DNA of 64,000 bases from Bacillota bacterium. Lineage in GTDB: Bacteria > Bacillota > Dethiobacteria > DTU022 > UBA8154. The notes under the pieces were generated by a model. It did no database searches and was not told where the DNA came from. It saw only the letters and a program-made list of their open reading frames with translations. The translations under genes and the position numbers were made by a program. Positions 9,009-20,635 of the stretch are shown here, piece by piece (the stretch's first letter is position 1; each line of letters opens with the position of its first letter). Location: positions 3,030 through 67,029 of the forward strand of contig JAUSPO010000047.1 of assembly GCA_030656575.1 (NCBI GenBank), in the 5' to 3' direction.

Positions 9009-11789
9009 ATGGATTACAGTACTACTTTAAATCTTCCAAAGACTGATTTTCCCATGAGAGCAGGGTTGCCGCAAAAGGAACCGGTGATACTTGAAAGATG
9101 GGAAAAGATGAATCTTTACCAGAAAATCAGGGAAAATAGAAAAGGAGCCCCGTCTTTTGTTCTTCACGATGGTCCACCTTATGCAAATGGCAATATCCAT
9201 ATGGGTACTGCTCTGAATAAGGTCCTAAAGGATATTGTTAACAAGTATAAATATATGAGGGGTTTTGATATACCATATGTTCCCGGATGGGATACCCATG
9301 GTCTTCCCATCGAACACCAGGTTATTAAGACAAAGAATATTAACAGGAATGAAGTGTCTCATCTGGAATTCAGGCGCATGTGCCGGGAATATGCCTTGAA
9401 TTTTCTTGATATTCAGAGGGAACAGTTTAAAAGGCTTGGTGTTGTGGCTGACTGGGATAATCCCTATATCACACTTGATCCTGCTTATGAAGCCAGCCAG
9501 ATAGGGGTATTCGGTCTTATGGCACAAAAAGGTTTTATCTATAAGGGATTAAAACCTGTTTACTGGTGTCCTGAATGTGAGACTGCCCTGGCGGAAGCAG
9601 AAATTGAATATGCCGAGCGTCGCTCTCCCTCCATATACGTAAAGTTTCCCGTAACAGATAATCTGGGAAAGTGGGATGAACAGTTTAGGCCTGCATATGT
9701 TCTTATCTGGACTACAACACCCTGGACAATTCCAGCCAACCTTGCTATCGCTTTGCATCCAAATCTTACTTATGTCCTTGTCAAAGTGGGAGAAGAGTAT
9801 TACCTTCTGGCTGAAGATCTCATGAAGGATGCATTTGGAATTATTGGGCTTAACCAGGGTGGCGAAGTTTGTAAGAAATTTAGAGGTGAGGAACTGGAAG
9901 GTATCATCTGCCGACACCCTCTTTATGAGCGTGAGTCCAGAGTCCTTCTTGCTGATTATGTTACTCTGGAGCAGGGAACAGGTTGTGTCCATACCGCTCC
10001 CGGTCATGGTCAGGAGGACTACGAAACAGGACTTCAGTACGACCTGCCTATTTATGCTCCTATGGACGGACGCGGTGTGTTTACTCCGGAAGCCGGTGAA
10101 TTTGCCGGTTTGCGTTACGATGAGGGCAACAAGGCGGTGACGGTTGCGCTGGAGAGGGAAAAGGTCCTTATGAATCTAACCTTTATCACACACCAGTATC
10201 CTCACTGCTGGCGCTGTAAAAAAGAAGTGATTTTTCGGGCTACTGAACAGTGGTTTGCTTCAATCCAGCTCTTTAGAGAAGATGCCTTAAAGGCAGTGAA
10301 AGAAGTAAATTGGATTCCCTCATGGGGGGAAGGGCGTATGAACAATATGATTGCTGATCGTCGTGACTGGTGTATTTCACGACAAAGGGTATGGGGCGTT
10401 CCGCTTCCCATCTTTTATTGCCTTGAATGTGGGGAACCTCTTTTAAGCGCTGAGAGTACAGCTGCTGTACAGGAATTATTTAAAAAAGAAGGTTCTGATG
10501 CCTGGTATAAGTATGAGGCGGATGAAATTTTAGGGGACCGGGCTGTATGTCCTTCCTGCGGCAAAGGAAGGTTTCGCAAAGAACAGGATATTATGGATGT
10601 CTGGTTTGATTCCGGTTCCAGTCATGAAGCTGTTCTCAATGCCAGAGAAGGTCTTTCCTGGCCTGCAGATCTCTACCTTGAGGGAAGTGACCAGTTTCGC
10701 GGTTGGTTCCAGTCTTCCCTGCTGACGGCCGTGGCCACAAATGGTAAACCTCCTTATCGTAATGTGTTAAGCCATGGATGGGTTGTAGACGGTGAGGGAA
10801 GGAAGATGTCCAAATCTCTTGGTAATGTTATTGCTCCGGATGATATCATTAAAAATTATGGCGCGGATGTTTTACGTCTCTGGGTGTTCAGTGCAGATTT
10901 TACCAGCGATATTCATCTTTCTAAGGATATATTGAAACAGCTTTCAGAAATTTATCGCAAAATACGTAATACCTGTAGATTTCTCCTGGGAAACTGTAAT
11001 GATTTTAGTCCTGAAGAAAACAGTGTTGACTATGAACATCTGGAAGAGATAGATCGCTGGGCGCTGCATCGTCTCTATAAATTAGTCCAAAAAACAACGA
11101 ACTCCTTTGAAAACTATGAATACCATCATATATTTCATGCTGTACATAACTTTGCCGTAGTGGATATGAGCAATTTTTATTTTGATATCATTAAAGACCG
11201 CCTTTATGTGCTGGATAAGGATTCTCCTTCCCGGAGAGCTGCTCAGACAGTTTTATCCAAGATACTTCAAACGCTTACACTTTTGATTTCTCCAGTCCTT
11301 TCTTTTACTGCGGAAGAAATCTGGTCTTATATTCCGTTTCAACAGGAAGAAAGCGTGATGTTGGCGTCATGGCCAGACTTATCGGCAGATTATGAGGATG
11401 GCGCTCTCGCCGGACGCTGGGATGTAATACTTCGCCTTCGGGAAGAAGTGAACCGGGTTCTTGAAACGGCCAGAAGAGAAAAAACAATAGGTTCTTCCCT
11501 TCAGGCTGCTGTTGATCTATATCCTGATGAGGAACTCTATAAGCAATTGGTGAGCTACAGTTCGTTTCTTCCAGCTTTGCTGATCGTTTCCTCCTGTCAA
11601 TTAAATAAACCTGACCTTAAAGCGGAAGGTGATTTTGTGGCGGCCGGGGAATTGGGGCTGAAGATTAAAGTTTCAAAAGCACCAGGAGAAAAATGCCAAC
11701 GTTGTTGGGTATATTCGCCCACTGTAGGTGAAAACAAAGAATATGAGATATGCTCCCGCTGTGGTGAGATACTCCAAAACATAAACTGA
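9009..11789 (+). CDS. ileS: isoleucine--tRNA ligase
   Basis: Class I aaRS with HMGH-type (PYANGNIHMGTAL) and KMSKS motifs and a C-terminal Zn-binding CxxC..CxxC. The ORF track starts at TTG 9003. An ATG at 9009 follows an AGGCGG Shine-Dalgarno sequence. Confidence 0.95.
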   Translation: MDYSTTLNLPKTDFPMRAGLPQKEPVILERWEKMNLYQKIRENRKGAPSFVLHDGPPYANGNIHMGTALNKVLKDIVNKYKYMRGFDIPYVPGWDTHGLPIEHQVIKTKNINRNEVSHLEFRRMCREYALNFLDIQREQFKRLGVVADWDNPYITLDPAYEASQIGVFGLMAQKGFIYKGLKPVYWCPECETALAEAEIEYAERRSPSIYVKFPVTDNLGKWDEQFRPAYVLIWTTTPWTIPANLAIALHPNLTYVLVKVGEEYYLLAEDLMKDAFGIIGLNQGGEVCKKFRGEELEGIICRHPLYERESRVLLADYVTLEQGTGCVHTAPGHGQEDYETGLQYDLPIYAPMDGRGVFTPEAGEFAGLRYDEGNKAVTVALEREKVLMNLTFITHQYPHCWRCKKEVIFRATEQWFASIQLFREDALKAVKEVNWIPSWGEGRMNNMIADRRDWCISRQRVWGVPLPIFYCLECGEPLLSAESTAAVQELFKKEGSDAWYKYEADEILGDRAVCPSCGKGRFRKEQDIMDVWFDSGSSHEAVLNAREGLSWPADLYLEGSDQFRGWFQSSLLTAVATNGKPPYRNVLSHGWVVDGEGRKMSKSLGNVIAPDDIIKNYGADVLRLWVFSADFTSDIHLSKDILKQLSEIYRKIRNTCRFLLGNCNDFSPEENSVDYEHLEEIDRWALHRLYKLVQKTTNSFENYEYHHIFHAVHNFAVVDMSNFYFDIIKDRLYVLDKDSPSRRAAQTVLSKILQTLTLLISPVLSFTAEEIWSYIPFQQEESVMLASWPDLSADYEDGALAGRWDVILRLREEVNRVLETARREKTIGSSLQAAVDLYPDEELYKQLVSYSSFLPALLIVSSCQLNKPDLKAEGDFVAAGELGLKIKVSKAPGEKCQRCWVYSPTVGENKEYEICSRCGEILQNIN

Positions 11790-11871
11790 TACTAATAACT
11801 ATACCCCTACGGGTCAGATTCTCATACTAACCTCTAATTTGGGGAAAATATAATGAACAGTCCCAAAAAAA

Positions 11872-12249
11872 ATGATTAACCGGCAAAGTCAAGTCAGTTC
11901 CAACTTTATGACAAAAGGGGGATTCAGCGATATTTGCCCTTTTGATGAATACAACGGCAATGAGACGGAAATAGAAAGTGAGCGCATACTCCTGAGGAAA
12001 GTTATGGAGTTGTCTCAGCAAATGGAAAAATTTAACCTGGCAGAGTATATGAACCATCTCAATAATCCCCGGCGATATTTAATGTTAAATTTTATGGGGG
12101 GTCTTTTCAGGGGTTTTGGGATAGCCTTGGGTATGACTATATTGGGGGCCATTGCCCTATATATTCTGCAGAGGCTCGTTGTGTTAAATCTGCCCATAAT
12201 CGGGGACTTTTTGGCCGATTTAATAAAGATAGTGCTCGCTTACCTCTAA
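11872..12249 (+). CDS. small membrane protein (DUF5665-like)
   Basis: 125 aa with a C-terminal pair of hydrophobic helices (LFRGFGIALGMTILGAIALYIL..). No other signal. Confidence 0.35.
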   Translation: MINRQSQVSSNFMTKGGFSDICPFDEYNGNETEIESERILLRKVMELSQQMEKFNLAEYMNHLNNPRRYLMLNFMGGLFRGFGIALGMTILGAIALYILQRLVVLNLPIIGDFLADLIKIVLAYL

Positions 12250-12325
12250 GCCGTTACGTGTTTTGCTGAATTTACTCCATCGTCAAGGGCTTTTCTCTAC
12301 CGGTTAATCTAATGGAGGTTTAAGT

Positions 12326-12997
12326 ATGTCGGAATTAAATTATTCGCATTATGCCCGTTTGCTTCAGGAAGAAAAAGACAGTATTTTAAATTTTATGGCA
12401 GAGGAGGGAATGGGGAAGCATATTTCATTTAAAGACAGTATTCAGGAACTTTCACTTATTGATAATCATCCTGCAGATACAGGTTCAGAGCTTTTTGAAC
12501 GATCGAAGGATTTATCTTTGCACGAAAAGCGATTAATGAATTTGCAGGATATTAACAGTGCGCTGGAACGGATAGCCGATGGTAGTTACGGACAATGCCT
12601 AAGCTGCGGCCGTGAAATTGAAAAAGAGCGGTTGGAGACTATACCTTCTTCAACATACTGTTTTAGCTGTAAGGTAAACCGGGAGAAACAGATCAGGGAG
12701 GAAGGCAGTGACCGGCCAGTGGAAGAACTTGTTCTTTATCCTCCTTTTAAACGCACTTTTTTGGATAACAAAGATTTTGTAGGCTTTGACGGAGAAGATG
12801 CCTGGCAGGCAGTGGCCCGTTACGGAACTGCTGATTCTCCCCAGGATGTTCCAGGAACCGTCCAAAATCCTGCTTATGTTGATTCCCAGGAAGACAGAGG
12901 AGCAGCCGATAGAATAGATAGGCTCGCTTCCACAAGGAACCGGAAAAAAACTATGGGGGAGGAAGAGGCAGATACAAAGAGGAGAAAAAATAACTGA
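12326..12997 (+). CDS. ylyA: DksA/TraR-family C4 zinc-finger protein (YlyA/YteA-like)
   Basis: A CLSCGREIEKERLETIPSSTYCFSC C4 zinc finger preceded by a coiled-coil. Same position (ileS - ylyA - lspA) as B. subtilis ylyA. Confidence 0.7.
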   Translation: MSELNYSHYARLLQEEKDSILNFMAEEGMGKHISFKDSIQELSLIDNHPADTGSELFERSKDLSLHEKRLMNLQDINSALERIADGSYGQCLSCGREIEKERLETIPSSTYCFSCKVNREKQIREEGSDRPVEELVLYPPFKRTFLDNKDFVGFDGEDAWQAVARYGTADSPQDVPGTVQNPAYVDSQEDRGAADRIDRLASTRNRKKTMGEEEADTKRRKNN

Positions 12998-13076
12998 TAC
13001 GATTATAGGAAAGATTAATTCAAGAATACAAACCGCCGGGAAAAGGTTTCGACTTTCAGATACCGCTTTTTTTCTT

Positions 13077-13520
13077 TTGGGTTTTCTTGTTTTTTTTGTT
13101 GATCAATTGAGCAAATACTGGGTGGTCCAAAGGTTTAGCCCTGGAGAGATGATAGATATAATACCCGGTTTTTTTCAGTTAACATACGTTCGTAATTATG
13201 GTGCAGCTTTCGGGATTTTACGCTACCATACTTCTATATTTATTGTAATATCATTATTTATGGTGTTTGTTGTTATCATCTTTGGACCGCGTTTTATTTC
13301 AACCCGCTACGTAATGCTGCGCTTTGCCATGGCATTATTACTGGGAGGCACCTTGGGTAACCTAAGTGACCGTATCGTAAGGGGCTATGTAGTGGATTTT
13401 TTTGATTTCCTTTTTTGGCCGGTTTTTAATATTTCTGATATTGCTATTGTACTGGGCATAGGGCTGGTCATTTTCAGTCTTTTACGTTCTGAATCACTTT
13501 TCCAGGATCACAAAAGGTAG
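13077..13520 (+). CDS. lspA: lipoprotein signal peptidase II
   Basis: Conserved NYGAAFG and FNISD motifs. Four TM segments. Confidence 0.9.
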   Translation: MGFLVFFVDQLSKYWVVQRFSPGEMIDIIPGFFQLTYVRNYGAAFGILRYHTSIFIVISLFMVFVVIIFGPRFISTRYVMLRFAMALLLGGTLGNLSDRIVRGYVVDFFDFLFWPVFNISDIAIVLGIGLVIFSLLRSESLFQDHKR

Positions 13521-13529
13521 GGAAAGTTA

Positions 13530-14997
<1,468 letters not shown>

Positions 14998-15008
14998 GGT
15001 CGTGGTGG

Positions 15009-16769
15009 TCACTGCTGTTTGATAGAATCAAGAATTTTCTTATGGGGTGTTACATAGATTGTTCTTTGTTTACTGTATGTAACCATGCCCGGCTTTGCGC
15101 CTGGTATACGGCGTACATTCTTAACAGGAGTATAATCTACGGGGACATTTGATGAATCTGCCCCACGACTAAAATAGGCTGCCAGATGGGCGGCTTCTTT
15201 TATTGTTTTTTCATGGGGGTTTTCCGATCTTACAATCACATGAGATCCGGGCATATCTTTCACATGAAACCAGAGGTCCGTTTTAATGGCAAAATGATGG
15301 ATGAGATAATCATTTTGCCTGTTATTGCGTCCAACAAAAATTTCTTCGCCCATGGAAGATATAAACTTACTGAGATTTGTTGAGCCAAATGAGGTATTTT
15401 TTTTGGTGCCATAATGTTTTTTTTCCACGGGCAGGTACCCGGTCTCAGCAAGCTCGTCCCTCACTTCACGAAGGGCCTGCAAATTTGATTGTTCCAGTGA
15501 GAAAAGAACAGTTTCAAGATAAGATATTTCATTTTGGGTCTGTTCCAGTTGTACTTTAATCATCTTTTCGCCCTGTTGTGCTTTGCGGTATTTTTTAAAG
15601 TAGCGCTGTGCATTTAAGGATGGAGATAATTGTGGGTCCAGGACTATTTTAACCTTCTCCCCGTGCTCACTGAAGACATTTTCCAGGAATATTTCACTTG
15701 ACTTTTCAGGTATTTGTTTTAAATTCATGAGGATTAGCTCCCCACACTGACGATAATAACCCGCTTCCCCTGTCTTCTCCAGCTCAGATAACTGGATTTT
15801 TTCTTTTTTCCTGAACTTTTTTAAAGCCTGTTCGCTGTTCCGGAAAAGGAAAGCTGACAAGTTCTCTTTTTCTTCTATTGTCTCCCTGTACTCATAAAAT
15901 TCATCCAGAAGGATGCTCACAGAATTAAATTTGCGTTTATGATTAGACGCAGTCTGCACAGTATTGATCACAGTATAATCAAGGGGTTTGCCCTCATGGT
16001 CATTAAGAAGTGTGGGTTCCCATTTTGATTCCTGGTAAGTTTGCAAAAAATCCTCCAGTTTCTTCCATAAAGGGAGCGATGCTTCCTCTGAGAGGAGTGG
16101 GGTTTGTGCTCTCCCGGCAATTTCCCTGGCTAAAAAAGGGCTTAACCCCTGTATATTCTCCAGGAGAAACTTGCTGGTAGGCTGCCCCTTAAGTCTCTCA
16201 ATTTCCTGATTAAAAAAATTGAAATTTAGTGCGTAGGGATGCAGTTTTTCCTGAGCGGGCGGCGGATGGTAGATGTGCCGGGGAAGAAGCGTTCTCATTC
16301 GATTTAACGAAGAAGATACAGGTTTTAAGGTGCCAAGGATAACCTGGTTACCTTCTTCGTCAGGGGTATCAAGGAGTAAAAGGTTGCTGTGCCGTCCCAT
16401 GATTTCTGCGGTAAGGGTTTTCTTCGCTTCTCTTCCACTTTCGTTTACAGCAGAAAAATGTAAAAAAAGAACCCTTTCCAGAGGAGGCTGTTCCAGAGAA
16501 ACAAGATACCCTCCGCTAAGATGCTTACGCAGCAGCATGCAGAAAGAAGGTGGGTTATCAGGATGGATGTAACGGCGGTTTGTAAAATTTATTCTTCCTT
16601 TATTTGTGTGAATTGAAAAGAAAAGAGGTCGTTTTTCTTCTCCTTTAAAATAGAAGATCATATCTGTGCTGTTTAACTGGTAAATTCGGCTGATCCTGTT
16701 CCCTGTTTTTATTAGTTTCTCTTCCAGTTCCTTTGAAACCGCGTTTAATACCAATGCATCAAAAGCCAT
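15009..16769 (-). CDS. rqcH: ribosome-associated quality control factor RqcH (NFACT / fibronectin-binding FbpA family)
   Basis: 586 aa on the - strand with NFACT-N (MAFDALVLNAV..), coiled-coil and NFACT-R domains. Confidence 0.85.
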   Translation of the reverse strand: MAFDALVLNAVSKELEEKLIKTGNRISRIYQLNSTDMIFYFKGEEKRPLFFSIHTNKGRINFTNRRYIHPDNPPSFCMLLRKHLSGGYLVSLEQPPLERVLFLHFSAVNESGREAKKTLTAEIMGRHSNLLLLDTPDEEGNQVILGTLKPVSSSLNRMRTLLPRHIYHPPPAQEKLHPYALNFNFFNQEIERLKGQPTSKFLLENIQGLSPFLAREIAGRAQTPLLSEEASLPLWKKLEDFLQTYQESKWEPTLLNDHEGKPLDYTVINTVQTASNHKRKFNSVSILLDEFYEYRETIEEKENLSAFLFRNSEQALKKFRKKEKIQLSELEKTGEAGYYRQCGELILMNLKQIPEKSSEIFLENVFSEHGEKVKIVLDPQLSPSLNAQRYFKKYRKAQQGEKMIKVQLEQTQNEISYLETVLFSLEQSNLQALREVRDELAETGYLPVEKKHYGTKKNTSFGSTNLSKFISSMGEEIFVGRNNRQNDYLIHHFAIKTDLWFHVKDMPGSHVIVRSENPHEKTIKEAAHLAAYFSRGADSSNVPVDYTPVKNVRRIPGAKPGMVTYSKQRTIYVTPHKKILDSIKQQ

Positions 16770-16958
16770 TTTTCCTCCTATTGGGGAGATTGTCTCCTAC
16801 CTTATTCTGGAAGACGATGAATTATCCCTATTCAGTATATCTGTTAAGAGCAGAAAAAACAAACATCTTTGTCACCCTTTTCCGGGCTGGTTCTTTTTTT
16901 TTGTTTGGGGGAATAAAAAAATAGTATGAGAATTCATCCATAGTTATTCTGTATAAGA

Positions 16959-17171
16959 GGTGGTGAGTCGCTGAAGCAGAGTCTCCAAGTTCAAGTGGCA
17001 GCTCTTAGCGGCTCAGCTCCGGCACTACGGCAGCTTCCCCGTGGGAACTCCCGTCCAGGTCGTCCACGGGTCTGCTGACGTCCTGTCAGCAGAGCTGCCT
17101 ACGTGCCTGCGCTTTGCCGAGAGCTTACAGCCTACTTGAACTAAGTCGTCTCTGCCACAGTGATCACCACC
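16959..17171 (-). repeat. GC-rich hairpin repeat, copy A (inverted orientation), termini GGTGGTGA...TCACCACC
   Basis: About 90% identical to the reverse complement of copy C at 30013..30227. Carries the CTGCTGACAGGACGTCAGCAG apical palindrome. About 58% GC in a roughly 40% GC genome. Confidence 0.75.
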
Positions 17172-17364
17172 TGGGCAGTAACGTAAGCGGTGGAAACATC
17201 TTTATAAAAATAGTTGTGTTCCGTAGGTTCATGTTAGTTAGTATGTCTTAACTTCGCTGCACAGGGTGTCAGTTTACGTTCTGCGCAATCTGTGGGAACA
17301 ATAGAGTATTATCCGTAACCGTCATTAAATAGTTTTGAACTTAGGGTCAAAGTTAGCAGAAGGG

Positions 17365-17618
17365 GGTGGTGAATGCTGTTGCCGGAATTAACTCTGTTTC
17401 TCCCGGCAAAAAAGCTCTTGGCGAAACGAAGGGCCGGAGGTGACCCTGCTGACAGGACGTCAGTAGGCCCGGCGACGACCTGGAGGGGAGTTCCGCCGGG
17501 GAAGTCATTTTTCAAGGTCTGGGGACACACCTCTTGCAGAGGAATGTCCCCTATGCCTGGAGTTGAGCCTTAGAGCTTTCCGCGAGAAACCGTTAATTCC
17601 GGCTCAGCATTCACCACC
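17365..17618 (+). repeat. GC-rich hairpin repeat, copy B (diverged, with about 60-nt insertion)
   Basis: Shares the termini, the CTGCTGACAGGACGTCAG core and the flanking GACGACCTGGAGGGGAGTTCC segment with copies A and C. Same orientation as C. Lies 160 nt upstream of the Ca-ATPase start. Confidence 0.7.
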
Positions 17619-17772
17619 TGGAGAACAAGAGCGTGGGGAATCATTTTCATATACTGTTGTGATTTGTAGGGACTTGGTGGTAATTATCAGGAGCCTGGAT
17701 CTTGATACAGTATATACAGACCAGTAGGATAGTGTATTTGACCGTACAAATGCTATGGATTGGTGGTGAATT

Positions 17773-20517
17773 ATGAAAAAATCAAGGTTATGGGCTATTT
17801 CACCGCTCAAGGAAGTTTATAACCATTTCAGGGTTGATCCGGGATATGGGATTAGTGAAACGGAAGCTCTTCAGCGATTAAAAAAATGGGGCACCAACAC
17901 AATCGAAGAGAAAAAAAGAAAAAGTGTTTTTGAAATTTTTCTTGATCAGTTCAGGGACTTTATGGTTTTAGTTCTCCTGGGAGCAACCTTGGTTTCCGGA
18001 TTGCTGCATGAGTACAGCGATGCCATAACTATTATTGTAATTGTGGTCTTAAACGCAGTCCTGGGCTTTATCCAGGAGTATAAGGCAGAACGTTCTTTTG
18101 AGGCGCTAAAAAGTCTTTCCGCACCCAGGGGTAAGGTGTTAAGGGAAGGGGGCCTAAAGGAGATTCCTGCTGAAGATGTTGTCCCTGGGGACGTAATTGA
18201 TGTCAGGGCAGGGGATCGTGTCTGTGCTGATATTCGTTTAATTCATACTGATGCTTTGATGGCAGATGAATCTCCACTTACAGGCGAATCGGTTGCTGTA
18301 GAAAAAGAAGACGCCACATTAAATTTTGTGCCTTCCTCTCCCGGAGACACTAAGAATATGGTATTTAGCGGAACTCTAATTATTAACGGGACAGGACGCG
18401 GTATTGCCGTTGCTACTGGTATGGAAACGGAAATGGGAAATATCGTTTCCCTCATTCAGGAGGTGGAAGTAAGTAGTACACCTCTGCAAAAAAGGCTGGC
18501 CAAACTGGGAAAGGTTCTGGTGCTAGCCTGTTTTGTTCTCTGCCTTTTTGTTGTGGTGATGGGTTTGTGGAGAGGTGAGGAATTATACAAGATGCTTATG
18601 GCGGGGATTTCACTGGCAGTGGCTGCCATTCCTGAAGGACTTCCTGCAATTGTTACCATATCTCTTGCGCTCGGAGTTCAGCGCATGGTCAAACGCAAAG
18701 CTATTGTTCGTCGTCTGCCTGCAGTAGAGACACTAGGTTGTGCTACGGTGATCTGTTCTGATAAAACTGGGACAATTACTCAAAATAAAATGACCGTAAA
18801 AAGTATCTATACAAACGGTGAATTCTGGAATGTAGAAGGAGAAGGTTATGAACTAAGCGGGATGTTTTACCAGGGGCATAAAAAAGTAGACGCTTCCGGA
18901 GAAGAGCATTTATCCAAAACGCTTCTTATTGGAGTCCTGTGCAATAATGCTCTTCTTGTCAAAAATGATCGGAGAATTACGCCTAAAAGTTTCGATAAGA
19001 GTGGAAAAGCAGAGGGAAATCCAACAGAGGCCGCCTTGTTAGTTTGTGCTGCAAAGGCCAATATTTGGAAGGAACAGCTTGAAGAAAGGTTTCCGAGGAT
19101 AAAAGAGTTTCCATTTAGTTCGGGAAGGAAGTGTATGTCGGTTCTCTGCCGTGAAGGGGAGAAGATTAACCTCTTTGTAAAGGGAGCCCCGGAACGCATT
19201 CTAAATATGTCTTCTTATATATTTGAAGACGGCAAAGTGAGGCCCCTGAGAGAGGAGCACCGTAAAAAAATTCTTAAACAGGTAGATATTTTGGCTGGCG
19301 GTGCATTAAGAACCCTGGCCGTGGCTTACAGGACAGTTCCCTCCAGTGCGTTGTCATCAGGTGCAGATGAACTTGAAAAAGAGCTTGTTTTTACGGGGTT
19401 CTTCGGTATGATCGATCCCCCCCGTCCTGCCGTTTTAAAAGCTATTAAAAGCTGTGATCGTGCCGGAATTCGTATTACTATGATTACTGGTGACCACAGA
19501 AATACGGCTGTGGCAATCGCCAGGCAAATCGGTATTCTTAAATCAGGCGGAGAAGTGATTACAGGCGATGAGCTTGATCGGTTAAACGAAAAAGAACTTT
19601 TCGGCAGAATAGAAAAACTATATGTCTTTGCCAGAGTCAGTCCCGAACATAAACTGCGTATTGTACGCTGCTTAAAAGCCAGGGGTCATATTGTGGCCAT
19701 GACTGGTGACGGCGTTAATGATGCGCCAGCTGTAAAAGAGGCCGATATAGGCATTGCCATGGGTTCAACAGGAACAGAAGTTACGAAAGAGGCGGCATCA
19801 CTAGTTTTGGCTGATGATAATTTTAAAACTATTGTAGCTGCAGTGGAAGAGGGTAGGGGTATTTACGATAACATCCGCAAGTTTATCAGGTTTCTCCTTG
19901 GTTGTAACCTTGGAGAAATTCTTACCATGTTTCTGGCTATGTTATGGGGGCTGCCTCTTCCTTTACGCCCTATACAGATTCTCTGGGTTAATTTGGTAAC
20001 TGATGGTCTTCCGGCTATGGCTCTAGGGGTGGATCCCACTGAAAAGGATGTAATGCAACGACCGCCCCGCTCTCCGTCAGAAGGTGTTTTTGGAAGGGGT
20101 TTATGGAAAAAAATTCTGACTAAGGGGTTTATTATTGGGGTTACCTCTGTTCTGGTCTTTGCTTTTGCTCTGATTACTTCATCCGAGCTTATTTATGCCC
20201 AGACGATGGCTCTTTCAACCTTGATTGTAACCCAGCTTCTACACGTTTTTGAATGTCGCTCCGAATATCTGAAAGTCTGGGAGGTTGGTTTCACACGTAA
20301 TCTTATGCTTGTTGGGGCTGTTGTTGTATCTTTCTTCCTCTTACTGTGTATTGTATATAATCCTTTCCTTCAGTCTGTATTCCAGACTTATCCTCTAAAG
20401 GGCAGTGATTGGATTATTATTTTTGGAGCTTCTTCCATAACATATGTATTGAGTTTCCTTTCTTGGTGTATTGGAAAAGCAATTTACAGGGAGACTGGTC
20501 AGATTATCTCTAAATAA
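17773..20517 (+). CDS. P-type (P2-type) Ca2+-transporting ATPase
   Basis: DKTGTIT phosphorylation motif, TGDGVNDAPA hinge, 10 predicted TM segments, 914 aa. Confidence 0.85.
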   Translation: MKKSRLWAISPLKEVYNHFRVDPGYGISETEALQRLKKWGTNTIEEKKRKSVFEIFLDQFRDFMVLVLLGATLVSGLLHEYSDAITIIVIVVLNAVLGFIQEYKAERSFEALKSLSAPRGKVLREGGLKEIPAEDVVPGDVIDVRAGDRVCADIRLIHTDALMADESPLTGESVAVEKEDATLNFVPSSPGDTKNMVFSGTLIINGTGRGIAVATGMETEMGNIVSLIQEVEVSSTPLQKRLAKLGKVLVLACFVLCLFVVVMGLWRGEELYKMLMAGISLAVAAIPEGLPAIVTISLALGVQRMVKRKAIVRRLPAVETLGCATVICSDKTGTITQNKMTVKSIYTNGEFWNVEGEGYELSGMFYQGHKKVDASGEEHLSKTLLIGVLCNNALLVKNDRRITPKSFDKSGKAEGNPTEAALLVCAAKANIWKEQLEERFPRIKEFPFSSGRKCMSVLCREGEKINLFVKGAPERILNMSSYIFEDGKVRPLREEHRKKILKQVDILAGGALRTLAVAYRTVPSSALSSGADELEKELVFTGFFGMIDPPRPAVLKAIKSCDRAGIRITMITGDHRNTAVAIARQIGILKSGGEVITGDELDRLNEKELFGRIEKLYVFARVSPEHKLRIVRCLKARGHIVAMTGDGVNDAPAVKEADIGIAMGSTGTEVTKEAASLVLADDNFKTIVAAVEEGRGIYDNIRKFIRFLLGCNLGEILTMFLAMLWGLPLPLRPIQILWVNLVTDGLPAMALGVDPTEKDVMQRPPRSPSEGVFGRGLWKKILTKGFIIGVTSVLVFAFALITSSELIYAQTMALSTLIVTQLLHVFECRSEYLKVWEVGFTRNLMLVGAVVVSFFLLLCIVYNPFLQSVFQTYPLKGSDWIIIFGASSITYVLSFLSWCIGKAIYRETGQIISK

Positions 20518-20635
20518 ATATAAATTCTTTAATATACCTTAAATTTAACCCAATGCACTCATTTATGCTTGATTATGCTTTTTTTTATGGTAAAATAGGG
20601 GTGGACAAAAAGCAAAGAGATAAAGGGGAATAACA

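Noticed and set aside
15001-15018. GGTGGTCACTGCTGTTTG at the pyrR/rqcH junction resembles the repeat terminus GGTGGTGATCGCTGTTGG
   Set aside because: It lies within coding sequence, including the rqcH stop codon and its last codons, with no other part of the element present. Likely coincidence or at most a tiny remnant.
17373-17573. ORFs predicted inside the GC-rich repeats (17373..17573 +, 17309..17530 -, 30027..30242 +)
   Set aside because: They lie entirely within palindromic high-GC repeat DNA and have low-complexity Arg/Pro/Gly-rich translations. They are not conserved between copies in a common frame. There is no RBS logic.
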